A DNA stretch of 64,000 nucleotides from positions 480,001 to 544,000 of the forward strand of contig OY762897.2 of NCBI GenBank assembly GCA_963666515.2, in the 5' to 3' direction. A program made the position numbers and the translations under genes. The DNA is from Candidatus Binatia bacterium. Lineage in GTDB: Bacteria; Desulfobacterota; Binatia; UBA9968; JAJDTQ01. Below the pieces are notes generated by a model that searched no databases, was not told where the DNA came from, and saw only the letters and a program-made list of their open reading frames with translations. Below, in pieces: positions 36,420 through 45,680 of the stretch (the first letter of the stretch is position 1; each line of letters starts with the position of its first letter).

Positions 36420-37478
36420 TCAACTCCAATCTGCGACGTGCTGTCCGACCGCTTTTTCGAGCGCCGTTTTTGCATCCCGAGGCAGCCGCCGGGTCCCCCT
36501 GTCCACAGCTTCTCGCCAGGAAGGTCCGCGCTCGCGTGCCTCGACGAGGGCGTCCTCGAGCTCATCGGGACGATCCTCCGCCAACACACGAATCAGGGCA
36601 GCGGACTGGTCGATGTCTTTCGTTGCCTTGGCGGCCGCCGAGGAACCTCGACGGGTTGAGACGATCAGCTTGTGGACTGCGTAGCGGGCTGGCTGGGGGA
36701 CGTTGATCAGAATCCCCGACCGGTAAAGCGCTACCGCCTGCACCGGCCCATGGATCAGATAGTCCAGAAACCGAAGCGGAAGGGCATATGCTCCCAGCGC
36801 TGGCAATTCCAGTGGCTCGTCGCGATCCGGTCCCTCGTTGGGAGTGAGCAGCTCGACGAGGACGCCGCTCTCCTGGTTCCGCCAGCCGGTGGGCTGTTGA
36901 TGGAGGCTAGGCCGAGGGACGAAAGGCCCGATCCGTTCCAGCGCCTCCGCCAGCGCCGGATCCAGTCGATCGTCGAGCGCTATTGAGACCGAATGAAACG
37001 CCGCGACATCAATGTCCTCGGTAACGGCATGGGCCTCCGAGACCTCGACTCCCAGGAGACCGGGATAGCACCGAAACGCATGCGTGCCAACGATGACTGC
37101 GCGGAGCCGAAAAATCCCCGCCTTCGAGAGCGCGAGCAACACTTTCCCGGTCTGGGCGTCGACACGCGGCAGGCCACCCTCGCGGCACATGCGGGTGAGG
37201 CGGCCGCGCTGCTTCTCACGCTGCCTCAGGTCCTCCCTCACTTTTTCGGCCTGCTCGACCCTTGCCCGCACCTCTTTCGTATCCGGCCCGAGATAGCGCT
37301 CGACGGTGTGGTCAGCTAGCCGCTGGACCGAATACCAGTACTTTCGCCCGCTCCGCTCACGAAGAACCGGGGTCCCCCCAAGTTCCAGAACCGTGTCCTC
37401 CTGGAGCCGGGACAGCAGGTCCGCGTAGGTCGTCTGTACCGTCAGAGGCAGTCGCCTGAGTTGAGCGCCTTCGGTCAT
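36420..37478 (-). CDS. GSU2403-family nucleotidyltransferase-fold protein (standalone)
   Basis: RKYWY...RYLGPD N-domain; VGTHAF, TEDIDVA, LRFLDYL, PARYAVHKL, KDIDQ. Confidence 0.8.
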   Translation of the reverse strand: MTEGAQLRRLPLTVQTTYADLLSRLQEDTVLELGGTPVLRERSGRKYWYSVQRLADHTVERYLGPDTKEVRARVEQAEKVREDLRQREKQRGRLTRMCREGGLPRVDAQTGKVLLALSKAGIFRLRAVIVGTHAFRCYPGLLGVEVSEAHAVTEDIDVAAFHSVSIALDDRLDPALAEALERIGPFVPRPSLHQQPTGWRNQESGVLVELLTPNEGPDRDEPLELPALGAYALPLRFLDYLIHGPVQAVALYRSGILINVPQPARYAVHKLIVSTRRGSSAAAKATKDIDQSAALIRVLAEDRPDELEDALVEARERGPSWREAVDRGTRRLPRDAKTALEKAVGQHVADWS

Positions 37479-37528
37479 TTGTGCCTTGCCCAACAAACAT
37501 GTTTTCTGTTGGTCAATCTAATCCAGAT

Positions 37529-37598
37529 CCGCGATACACCCGGCGCCGTCTACCGGGCCTCCGGCTGGACCCGTGTCCGGACCACCCAAGGGCGAGGC
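37529..37598 (+). pseudogene. Frameshifted relic of a DUF4338 (DruA-like) gene
   Basis: Reads PRYT / (+1 frameshift) GAVYRASGWTRVRTTQGRG, matching the family's GxxYRAxxW...TxGRG motif. Confidence 0.55.
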
Positions 37599-38368
37599 TA
37601 CTCCACGACGTCGTTGTTTTCAATGATGTCGAGGACGCGGTCCTCGAACTCGGCCATTTCCGCGCGGGAGGCGTTGGTGGGGGTTTCCATGTCGGCCAGG
37701 ACCCGGCCGGGCCTGCCGAGGATCACCAGGCGTGAGCCGATCTCCAGGGCCTCGTGAATGTTGTGGGTGATGAGGAGGCAGGTCTTGCGGGTTTCGGAGA
37801 CAAGCTCCAGGAAGACTTCGCGCAGGCGTCTGGCTGTGGACTGGTCCAGGTGGCCGAAGGCCTCGTCGGCAAAGAAGATCTCCGGCGAGAGGCAGAAGGC
37901 CCGGGCCATGCCCACGCGCTGGCGCATGCCGCCGGACAGCTCGTGGGGGTAGGCGTCCTCGAACCCCTGCAGCTCCAGCTTGTGCAGCCACCGGGTGGCG
38001 ATGTCGTTCTGTTCTTTTTCGCCGTATTCGAGAATCTCCAGGCCGACACGGGCATTCTCCAGCGCCGTGCGCCACGGCAGCAGGCGGTCGGTCTGGAAGA
38101 TCACGCCCAGCTTGGAGCGGAACCAGTCGAACTCGGTGTAGGGGTCGTGCCCCAGCAGCTCGATGGATCCCGTGGTGGCCTGCTCCAGGCCGAGGAGAAG
38201 GTTGAACGTCGTTGACTTCCCGCACCCCGTCTTGCCCACGATGGCGACGATGTCGCCGCTGCCCACCTCGAGATCGAGGCTCTCCACCGCGGTGAAGCGG
38301 TCGCCGTCCACCGAAGTGAACACCTTGCTTACGTCCCGCATCCGGACGACGGGCTCGGCGGCGCTCAC
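37598..38368 (-). CDS. NitT/TauT-type ABC ATP-binding protein
   Basis: GKTGCGKS, LSGGMRQR, DEAF; GTG start overlapping the permease stop. Confidence 0.92.
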   Translation of the reverse strand: MSAAEPVVRMRDVSKVFTSVDGDRFTAVESLDLEVGSGDIVAIVGKTGCGKSTTFNLLLGLEQATTGSIELLGHDPYTEFDWFRSKLGVIFQTDRLLPWRTALENARVGLEILEYGEKEQNDIATRWLHKLELQGFEDAYPHELSGGMRQRVGMARAFCLSPEIFFADEAFGHLDQSTARRLREVFLELVSETRKTCLLITHNIHEALEIGSRLVILGRPGRVLADMETPTNASRAEMAEFEDRVLDIIENNDVVE

Positions 38369-39204
38369 GTGGCCATCCCTCCCTGTTTCGCGGGGCGCCA
38401 GCGCAGCAGCTTGTGCTCCAGGAGGAGGATGACGAACTGGGTGATGAGCAGGAAGGTCACCAGCACCAGGGTCCAGGCGATGGCCTTGGGCATCTCGAAC
38501 AGCTCCTGCGCCAGCAGCAGCTTGTTGCCTACGCCCCGGGTGGCTCCCACCAGCTCGGCGACGATGACCACGCGCGCGGCCAGCCCGAGGTTCACCTTCC
38601 AGGCGGTCAGCACCGCGGGGATCATCCCCGGCAGGATCAGCTTGGAGAAGAGCTGCTTCCGCGTCGGGCGCATGGCCCGCAGCATGTCCAGGTATTCCTT
38701 GGAGATGCTCTTGATGCCGTCGTGGATGATGAGCGCGTAGTTGGGCAGGCAGCCGGCCAGCAGGATGAAGGCGATGCGCGTCTCCACGTGGCTGAACCAG
38801 ATGATGGCGAAGACCACCCAGGAGAGCGCCGGTATGCCCATGATGAAGTGGAGCACCGGCAGGGTGTGCTTTTCCACCGTCTGGGTGAAGCCCATGAACA
38901 CGCCCAGGATGGTGCCGCTGATGAACGCCAGGACGAGCCCCAGGAAGATCCGGCCCATGGTGACCAGCACGTCCCCCAACAGGCCGATGTTGACGACGAT
39001 CTCGATGAAGGCGGCGACGATGACGCCGACGCTGGGAATCAGGTACGGGGGCAGGAAGAAGGAGGCGATCTGCCACGACGCCAGGATCACGGCGAACGAG
39101 ATGATCGGCTCCTTCCGGGCGGCCATGAGGCCCAGGAGGCGCGAGTGCCACGCCTCCCGGGCCTGCGCCGGAGGCAACGCGGTTTGGGGCGCGTCGGATT
39201 CCAT
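38365..39204 (-). CDS. NitT/TauT-type ABC permease
   Basis: TM pattern, IPALSW, VIVAELVG. Confidence 0.9.
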   Translation of the reverse strand: MESDAPQTALPPAQAREAWHSRLLGLMAARKEPIISFAVILASWQIASFFLPPYLIPSVGVIVAAFIEIVVNIGLLGDVLVTMGRIFLGLVLAFISGTILGVFMGFTQTVEKHTLPVLHFIMGIPALSWVVFAIIWFSHVETRIAFILLAGCLPNYALIIHDGIKSISKEYLDMLRAMRPTRKQLFSKLILPGMIPAVLTAWKVNLGLAARVVIVAELVGATRGVGNKLLLAQELFEMPKAIAWTLVLVTFLLITQFVILLLEHKLLRWRPAKQGGMAT

Positions 39205-39220
39205 TCGGGAAGCGGCGCGC

Positions 39221-40186
39221 TTAACGGACCTTGCCCCGGTAGATGATGCCGTCGTCCGGCATCTGTTTCATGTAGCCGCTGTCGATGCCGGCCTGGAACA
39301 GGGCCTTGATGTTGGTCTCGATCTCGGCCGCGGGCACCACGTCGAGCGGATAGCGGGCCGTGGCCAGCGCCATCAGGAATGCCTTCTTGGGCACGCCCGC
39401 CTCCTTCTCGATGATCGTCGCCGCCTCGTCATGGTGCGTGGGCAGCCATTTGGCCAGCTCCTCGAAGGCCTTGTAGATCTTCGGGATCAGCGCCTTGTTG
39501 CCGGCGATCCAGTCCTCGTGCGCCGCGATGCCGAGGAAGCCCCTCTGCGGCGCCCCCTGTATGGCCTGCCACTGGTGGAAGTATTCGATCATCTTGAGCT
39601 TGCCGGGATTACCCACCAGCATCTTCGAATAGTTGGGCTCCCAGAAGTGAACTGCGTCGGCGCGCTTGGCCATCAGCAGCGTCGCCAGACCCGCGGTGCT
39701 GGTGGACTGGACGTCCACCTTGCCGAGGTCGACTCCCGCCTTCTGGGCGAAGTAGCGGAACATGGCGTAGTTGGTGGTGACGGTGACCGCGCCGAGGCTC
39801 TTGCCTTCGAGGTCCGCGATGCTGTTGATGTTGGGGTCCATGGTCAGCAGCGCGCCGTGCCCGTTGAGCACGTTGAAGAGGTAGACGGACTTGACCCCCT
39901 TGAGGCGCCGGTTGGCTTCGGACAGGAGCGCCGAGGCGATGGTGACCTTGTCCCGGCCGGTTGCGAAGTCCGTGTTGGCCGCACGGGGTTTCTTGAAGGC
40001 CCACTGGATGTCGACGCCGTGCTTCTTGTCGAACTCGTTGGCCTCGATCAGGGAAGCCGTGGTGTGGCCGAACGACGGCTTGCCGAACGAACCGATGCTG
40101 ACCGTGGGCATGCTCTGGGCCAGGACCGTGCCGGCGCCGGCTAGGGCGACCAGGGCGATCAGGAAACTCGAAATCAGTCGAAGCAT
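39221..40186 (-). CDS. NitT/TauT (SsuA/NMT1-like) substrate-binding protein
   Basis: Signal peptide, INSIADLEGKSLG, WEP. Confidence 0.88.
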   Translation of the reverse strand: MLRLISSFLIALVALAGAGTVLAQSMPTVSIGSFGKPSFGHTTASLIEANEFDKKHGVDIQWAFKKPRAANTDFATGRDKVTIASALLSEANRRLKGVKSVYLFNVLNGHGALLTMDPNINSIADLEGKSLGAVTVTTNYAMFRYFAQKAGVDLGKVDVQSTSTAGLATLLMAKRADAVHFWEPNYSKMLVGNPGKLKMIEYFHQWQAIQGAPQRGFLGIAAHEDWIAGNKALIPKIYKAFEELAKWLPTHHDEAATIIEKEAGVPKKAFLMALATARYPLDVVPAAEIETNIKALFQAGIDSGYMKQMPDDGIIYRGKVR

Positions 40187-40210
40187 GTCTTGCCCTCCTT
40201 GTGACGGGTG

Positions 40211-40237
40211 TCCCGTTGAACCGGAGGTTCAACGGGA
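40211..40237. promoter_or_regulatory. Perfect 12-bp inverted repeat in a divergent intergenic region
   Basis: TCCCGTTGAACC-GGA-GGTTCAACGGGA. Confidence 0.5.
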
Positions 40238-40392
40238 AAGTCCTGCACACTAGGAATTTTTCGACGCCGTGTCAACGGAAGCGGCCGATTAACGTGAGAT
40301 CAGTCTTGAACTGTGCCGTGCGTTTGGGCTACATCCAGAGGGATCGAGCCCATGAGAAAAGCGGGGCCGGCTTAGCACACGGAGGTGAACCC

Positions 40393-41544
40393 ATGTACCT
40401 GGTCGATGCGGACGGACACGTCGAGGAAAGCGAAACCACGTTCAGCGACAAGTACTTCGATCCGGCATTCCGGGCCCAGCGCCCGCGGGTCGTGGCCATC
40501 GACCAGATGGTCTACTGGATGATCGAGGAGCAGATGTACCCGCGCCGGGTCGGACGCGGCGCCCACAACCTCGGCACCCCGGCCAGCTACAAGGGCAAGA
40601 AGACGCCCCACGCCCAGAAGAAGTCCGACACCATCGGCAGCATGGAGATCCACGGGGTCAAGGAGCGCATCGAGGCCATGGACAAGGAAGGGATCTCGCT
40701 CCAGGTCCTTTATCCGACGCTGTTCCTCGCCTATCCGTTGGCGGCGAGCCCGCCGCTCGTGACCGCCATGAGCACGGCCTACAACCGCTTCCTGGGCGAT
40801 CAGATCGGGGCTCATGAGCGGCTCAAGTGGGCCGCAGTTGTGAACCTCGACGACGTCGAGGGGGCGGTGGAGCAGGTGAAGGAAGCCCACGACCTCGGCG
40901 CCGTGGCCGTCATGCTGCTGGGCACCATCGGCGACCGGCTGCTCGACGACCCCGCCTTCCTGCCTTTCTACGAAGCCCTGGTGGAGCGGGACCTGACGCT
41001 GGCGATCCACGTGGGCTGGGCGTGTCCGGCCTTGAGCGGCCTGTTCACCCACATCTATCCTTCGTCCGTCAACGCGTTCCTCATGCCGGTGCTGCTGGGC
41101 TTCTCGTCCATGATCAACAGCGGCCTGCTGGACCGTTTTCCGACCCTGCGCGTGGGGTTTCTGGAGGCCGGCTGCCAGTGGGTCCATTTCATGATCGACC
41201 GCCTGGATCACCGGTTCGGCCATTCGGGGAACTTCCTCGCCGACATCCTCCCGGACACGGTTCCCAAGGCCAAGCTGGCGCCCATGGAGTACATGCGTCA
41301 GGGCAACCTCTACCTGAGCGCGGAGGTGGAAGACACGCTGCTGCCCCAGGTGGTGGAGTTGGTGGGCGAGGGGCAGGTGGTCTACGGGTCGGACATGCCC
41401 CACGGCGACCGCGAGGTCCTGTCCAGCGACTACCTGAAGCAGCGGGAAGACCTGAGCGAGGCCGTGAAGACCAAGATTCTCCGGGACAACGGCGCCAGAC
41501 TCTACAACCTGGACATCGGCGACGCGGTGAGGAAGGCGTCCTAG
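40393..41544 (+). CDS. Amidohydrolase-2 family protein
   Basis: SD GGAGGT; DADGHVEE, AIHVG, LEAG, SDMPH. Confidence 0.9.
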   Translation: MYLVDADGHVEESETTFSDKYFDPAFRAQRPRVVAIDQMVYWMIEEQMYPRRVGRGAHNLGTPASYKGKKTPHAQKKSDTIGSMEIHGVKERIEAMDKEGISLQVLYPTLFLAYPLAASPPLVTAMSTAYNRFLGDQIGAHERLKWAAVVNLDDVEGAVEQVKEAHDLGAVAVMLLGTIGDRLLDDPAFLPFYEALVERDLTLAIHVGWACPALSGLFTHIYPSSVNAFLMPVLLGFSSMINSGLLDRFPTLRVGFLEAGCQWVHFMIDRLDHRFGHSGNFLADILPDTVPKAKLAPMEYMRQGNLYLSAEVEDTLLPQVVELVGEGQVVYGSDMPHGDREVLSSDYLKQREDLSEAVKTKILRDNGARLYNLDIGDAVRKAS

Positions 41545-41563
41545 CCGGGGAGAGGCGGGCGCC

Positions 41564-41827
41564 TCAGGGGGCGTCGGGCTGCCGGAGAATGACGTCCGGG
41601 GAGCGGACGGTCACGAGACGATCGAGCCGGCGCAACATGACCGTCGCCGCTTCGGTCGAGATGGCTTGCCCGAAGATGTTGTAACGTTCTCCGTCCAGGC
41701 TCTGGTTGTTGGCCCAGGCGGCAAATTCGTCGGGGGTGGGGTTGTGGCCGAGTTCCCGGGCACAGCGTCGCACCACGAAGCCCAGCATGACCTTCTGGCT
41801 CCCGCCGTTGTCGAGCGCGGACGGCAT
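41564..41827 (-). CDS. Hypothetical protein (87 aa)
   Basis: Fills the intergenic gap; protein-like helical composition; no family recognised. Confidence 0.55.
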   Translation of the reverse strand: MPSALDNGGSQKVMLGFVVRRCARELGHNPTPDEFAAWANNQSLDGERYNIFGQAISTEAATVMLRRLDRLVTVRSPDVILRQPDAP

Positions 41828-41891
41828 ACCGGGATTTCTTAGGCAATCCCCATGAGAGTTTCAACCCGATAGCGACCTGAGGAGGATCGGC

Positions 41892-42869
41892 TTGGCGACT
41901 CGAAGGCGTTCGAAACTGACCATGGCGCGTATCCGGGAGGCGGCGAAGCGGCTGCGCAACTGGGGCCGCTGGGGCGAGGATGACGAGGTCGGCACCCTCA
42001 ACTTCACCACGCCGGAGGACATCGTCGCCGCGGCGCAACTCGTGCGCAGGGGCCGGGTCTTTTCCCTGGCCCTCGCTTTCGACGCCGACGGTCCGCAAGG
42101 CGGCAAGAGCAACTACCCGGCCATGGGCCGGTTCAATCCCATCCACCTCATGCTCCGCACCGGCACCGACGCCTATTCCGGTGTGCTCGACCACCGCGGC
42201 ATCCGCGGCGCTGACGACGTGATCATCATGCCGCTCCAGGCCGGCACGCAATGGGACGGGCTGGCGCACATCTTCTACGAAGACCGCATGTACAACGGCT
42301 ACGACTGCCGGCTGGTGACCACCGGCGGCGCCGCCCGGAACGGCATCGAGAAGACCCGTGACAGGATGGTGGGCCGCGGCGTGCTGCTGGACGTGGCCCG
42401 GGCCAAGGGCAGCGAGTGGCTGGAGGACGGCTACGCCATCACCAACCGCGACCTCGACCGCACCCTGAAGCAGCAGAAAGTGGAAGTGCGCCGGGGCGAC
42501 TACCTGCTGGTGCGGACCGGCCAGATGAAGGCCAAGCTGGACGCCGGCTCCTGGGACGGCTATCCGGGCGGGGACGCGCCGGGGCTCGGCTTCGAGACCC
42601 TCGACTGGCTCCACGAAAAGGAGGTTGCCGCGGTGGCGACGGACACCTGGGGGGCGGAGGTGCGGCCCAACCAGACGCGGGACGCCAACCAGCCGTGGCA
42701 CTGGGTCAGCATTCCCAACATGGGCCTCACGGTGGGCGAGATATTCTACCTGGAAGAGCTGGCGGAGGACTGCGCCGAGGACGGGCGCTACGAGTTCATG
42801 TTCGCGGCCCCGGCCCTCCCGGTCACCGGAGCCGTGGGTTCCCCGACGAATCCGCTGGCCATCAAATGA
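41892..42869 (+). CDS. Cyclase family metal-dependent hydrolase (kynurenine formamidase-like)
   Basis: NWGRWGEDDEVGTLN, QAGTQWDGLAH, LVRTG, GAVGSPTNP; SD GGAGGA. Confidence 0.9.
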   Translation: MATRRRSKLTMARIREAAKRLRNWGRWGEDDEVGTLNFTTPEDIVAAAQLVRRGRVFSLALAFDADGPQGGKSNYPAMGRFNPIHLMLRTGTDAYSGVLDHRGIRGADDVIIMPLQAGTQWDGLAHIFYEDRMYNGYDCRLVTTGGAARNGIEKTRDRMVGRGVLLDVARAKGSEWLEDGYAITNRDLDRTLKQQKVEVRRGDYLLVRTGQMKAKLDAGSWDGYPGGDAPGLGFETLDWLHEKEVAAVATDTWGAEVRPNQTRDANQPWHWVSIPNMGLTVGEIFYLEELAEDCAEDGRYEFMFAAPALPVTGAVGSPTNPLAIK

Positions 42870-42897
42870 TCGGAATACAAGACTGGAGGAGATGACA

Positions 42898-43713
42898 ATG
42901 GCGGCGCAGCTCGGCTCGGTATGGCTTCAGGAACTGACGTGGGAGGACGTGGGGGACTATCTCGAGGACTCCGACATCATCATCTGTCCGGTGGGCAGCA
43001 CCGAGGAGCACGGTCCGGCCGGACCCTTGGGGCTGGACTGCCTCATCGCCATCGCCCTGGCGGAGGACGTGGCCCGCGCCACCGGAACCCTGTGCACGCC
43101 GCCGCTGTGGTTCGGCGACTCGCCCCATCACTTGGCGTTCCCGGGGACCATCTCGCTCCGCACCGAGACGCTGATGGCCGTGATCCAGGACATGAGCCGG
43201 AGCCTGCACAAGCACGGCTTCCGCAAGATCCTCATCATTAACGGGCACAAGGGCGCCAACCTGCCCGGCCTCCTGGCGGCCACCAAGAACCTGCGCGAGT
43301 TCGAGATGCCGGAGGTCTTCTTCGCGGTCATCGACCCGGTGAAGATCGCCAAGAAGATCGCCAACGAGATCAAGGAAGCCAAGGAGCATCACAGCGGCGA
43401 GCTGGAGATCTCGGAGTGCTGGTACAAGTACCCCCATCTGATCAAGCAGGAGAAGCTCACCACGTCGCAGGTGGACTTCGACAAGAACTTCTCGCCGTGG
43501 TCCCACGGAGACCTCTTCTACGCGCCCCACGAGGTCATCGACATCCCCTGGACCAGCACCGAACAGCGCCGGATCGTCCCCACCGGCTCCTTCAGCCCCT
43601 CCATCAAGGCTTCTCCCGAAAAGGGCAAGGCGTACCACGACTACATGGTCGACCAGATCGTCCAGTTCATCGGCTGGCTCAGGAACTACGACGGACCGGT
43701 GGCCCAGGTCTGA
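42898..43713 (+). CDS. Creatininase family amidohydrolase
   Basis: PVGSTEEHG, FPGTISL, NGHKGAN, HSGELE. Confidence 0.9.
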   Translation: MAAQLGSVWLQELTWEDVGDYLEDSDIIICPVGSTEEHGPAGPLGLDCLIAIALAEDVARATGTLCTPPLWFGDSPHHLAFPGTISLRTETLMAVIQDMSRSLHKHGFRKILIINGHKGANLPGLLAATKNLREFEMPEVFFAVIDPVKIAKKIANEIKEAKEHHSGELEISECWYKYPHLIKQEKLTTSQVDFDKNFSPWSHGDLFYAPHEVIDIPWTSTEQRRIVPTGSFSPSIKASPEKGKAYHDYMVDQIVQFIGWLRNYDGPVAQV

Positions 43714-43718
43714 AACGC

Positions 43719-44918
43719 GTGGAAATCGACGCTGCACAAGGCCGGGGCATTTTCGGGCTTCCGGCGCATACCGTGCGCCTGCTCGACCGGGGCCGGGAGG
43801 TTTATCTCGTCGCCACCGCCCACGTGTCCCGGGAGAGCGTCGACGACGTGCGGAAGACCGTCGAGATGGTGGAGCCCGACGCCATTTGTGTGGAGCTATG
43901 CCAGGGCCGGTACGAGGCGTTCACCCGGCCCGACGCGTGGCGGAAGATGGACGTCTTCAAGGTCATCAGGGAGGGCAAGGCGACCCTGATGGTGAGCCAG
44001 TTGATCATGTCCGCGTTTTACAAGCGCATCGGCGACCGGCTCGGCGTGCAGCCCGGGGCCGACATGCTGGAGGGCGTCAGGCTGGCCCGCGAGCGGGACG
44101 TGGAACTGGTGCTGGCGGACCGCGACGTCCAGGTGACGCTGAAGAGAACCTGGAGGGGCCTGAGCCTCTGGAACAAGCTGAAGCTGCTGTTCCTGCTTCT
44201 TGCCAGCGCCGTGGGGGAGCCGGAGGTCGACAAGGAGGCGGTGGAGGATCTCAAGCGGCAGGACCGCGCGGGGGACGTGCTGGTGGAGTTCGCCAAGGCC
44301 TTTCCCGCGGTCAAGCAGGTCATCATGGACGAGAGGGACGTCTACCTGGCGCAGAGGATCAGGGAGGCGGAGGGGGAGAGGGTCGTGGCCGTGGTCGGCG
44401 CGGGACACCTGCGGGGCGTCGCCCGCGAGATTCACCGGGACCACTCGCTCGCGCCGCTGGAGACGGTCCCCGATCGTTCCATCTGGTCCAGGAGCATCAA
44501 GTGGCTGGTGCCCTCGCTGGTCGTGGCGATCATCGCGTACGGGTTCTTCAGCGCCGGCGCCGCCCATTCCCTGGAGTCCGTCTCCATCTGGGTGCTGGTG
44601 AACGGCGTGCTGGCGGCCGCGGGCGCGGCCCTGGCCCTAGGCCATCCCATCACGGTGCTGGCGGCGTTCCTGGCCGCGCCTGTCACCAGCCTCAACCCCA
44701 CCATCGCCGCCGGCTGGGTATCGGGACTGGTCCAGGCCTGGGTCAAGAAGCCCACCGTGGCCGACCTGGAGGGCATGGGAGAGGTGGTGACGGCATTTCC
44801 CAAGGGGCTCTGGCGCAATCCCGTCTCCCGCATCCTCCTCGTGGTGGTGTTCTCGAACCTCGGAAGCACCTTGGGCACTTTCATCGGCGGCAGTTGGATC
44901 GCGGCGCGTTCGTTCTAG
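43719..44918 (+). CDS. TraB/PrgY (pheromone shutdown-like) family protein
   Basis: TAHVSRES, VELC, LADR, ERD, VVGAGH, C-terminal TMs with NLGSTLG. Confidence 0.85.
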   Translation: MEIDAAQGRGIFGLPAHTVRLLDRGREVYLVATAHVSRESVDDVRKTVEMVEPDAICVELCQGRYEAFTRPDAWRKMDVFKVIREGKATLMVSQLIMSAFYKRIGDRLGVQPGADMLEGVRLARERDVELVLADRDVQVTLKRTWRGLSLWNKLKLLFLLLASAVGEPEVDKEAVEDLKRQDRAGDVLVEFAKAFPAVKQVIMDERDVYLAQRIREAEGERVVAVVGAGHLRGVAREIHRDHSLAPLETVPDRSIWSRSIKWLVPSLVVAIIAYGFFSAGAAHSLESVSIWVLVNGVLAAAGAALALGHPITVLAAFLAAPVTSLNPTIAAGWVSGLVQAWVKKPTVADLEGMGEVVTAFPKGLWRNPVSRILLVVVFSNLGSTLGTFIGGSWIAARSF

Positions 44919-44951
44919 AAGAGCAACGGGTCCGGAAACAGGAGGGGAGTC

Positions 44952-45671
44952 ATGGCAGATCCGGTCAAGATTGGTTTCGTCACCCCGATATCGAGCTCCA
45001 GTCCCCACTTCGAGCCGTTCAAGGCGTTCATCCCCAGGGAAGTGGAGATGGAGTTCGAGGGGCTGGGCATCGTCCGCGGGTCGCTGGAGAGTCTGGCAGG
45101 CACGGGCGACATGGTGGTGGAGACCTCGACCCGGCTGGCGCAGGAGCGCGGCTGGCAGGGCGTCATCGTCAGCGGGGCGCCGGTGGAGGTGCTCAATCCG
45201 GGACTGCTGGCGAGACTGAAGGACGCCGTGGACGTGCCGGTGACCACGGCTCTGGAGTCCTGCGTGGAGGCCCTGAAGGCGCTCTCGACTCCCAGGGTGC
45301 TGCTGCTGACCCCGTTCGTCGAGGTCATGAACAAGCGGATTCGCGACTATCTCACGGATTGCGGCATCGAAGCGGTCTCGCCCGCGGACACCTTCGACGA
45401 CTACCGCGACGCCATGACCGTCGAGCCCGAGGACGTCTACGCGCTCACGGAAAAGGCGCTGAAGGGGAACCCGGAAGTGGAGGCAATCTATTTCCAGGGG
45501 GCGGTGCTGGACCCCCTGCCGGTCCTGGACCGGATCGAGCGGGACCTCTCGCGGCCGGTGGTGGCAAGCAATCCCGCCATGCTCTGGTTCATGCTTTCGA
45601 GCGTGGGATTTTCGTGCAGCATCGCCGGTTACGGCAAGCTGTTGCAGGATTGGCCGGATATCAAGGGCTGA
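44952..45671 (+). CDS. Asp/Glu racemase / maleate isomerase / arylmalonate decarboxylase-fold protein
   Basis: VPVTTA, LLTPF, IERDLSRPVVASNPAMLW, GYGKLL; catalytic Cys apparently absent. Confidence 0.8.
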   Translation: MADPVKIGFVTPISSSSPHFEPFKAFIPREVEMEFEGLGIVRGSLESLAGTGDMVVETSTRLAQERGWQGVIVSGAPVEVLNPGLLARLKDAVDVPVTTALESCVEALKALSTPRVLLLTPFVEVMNKRIRDYLTDCGIEAVSPADTFDDYRDAMTVEPEDVYALTEKALKGNPEVEAIYFQGAVLDPLPVLDRIERDLSRPVVASNPAMLWFMLSSVGFSCSIAGYGKLLQDWPDIKG

Positions 45672-45680
45672 GAGACGCCG

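Noticed and set aside
37461-37757. Functional Druantia system
   Set aside because: Only a ~70-bp frameshifted DUF4338 motif is present, with no DruE helicase or other components.
43719-44918. Conjugation gene traB indicating an ICE or plasmid
   Set aside because: This is the TraB/PrgY protease-like family, commonly chromosomal; no T4SS or relaxase genes are present.
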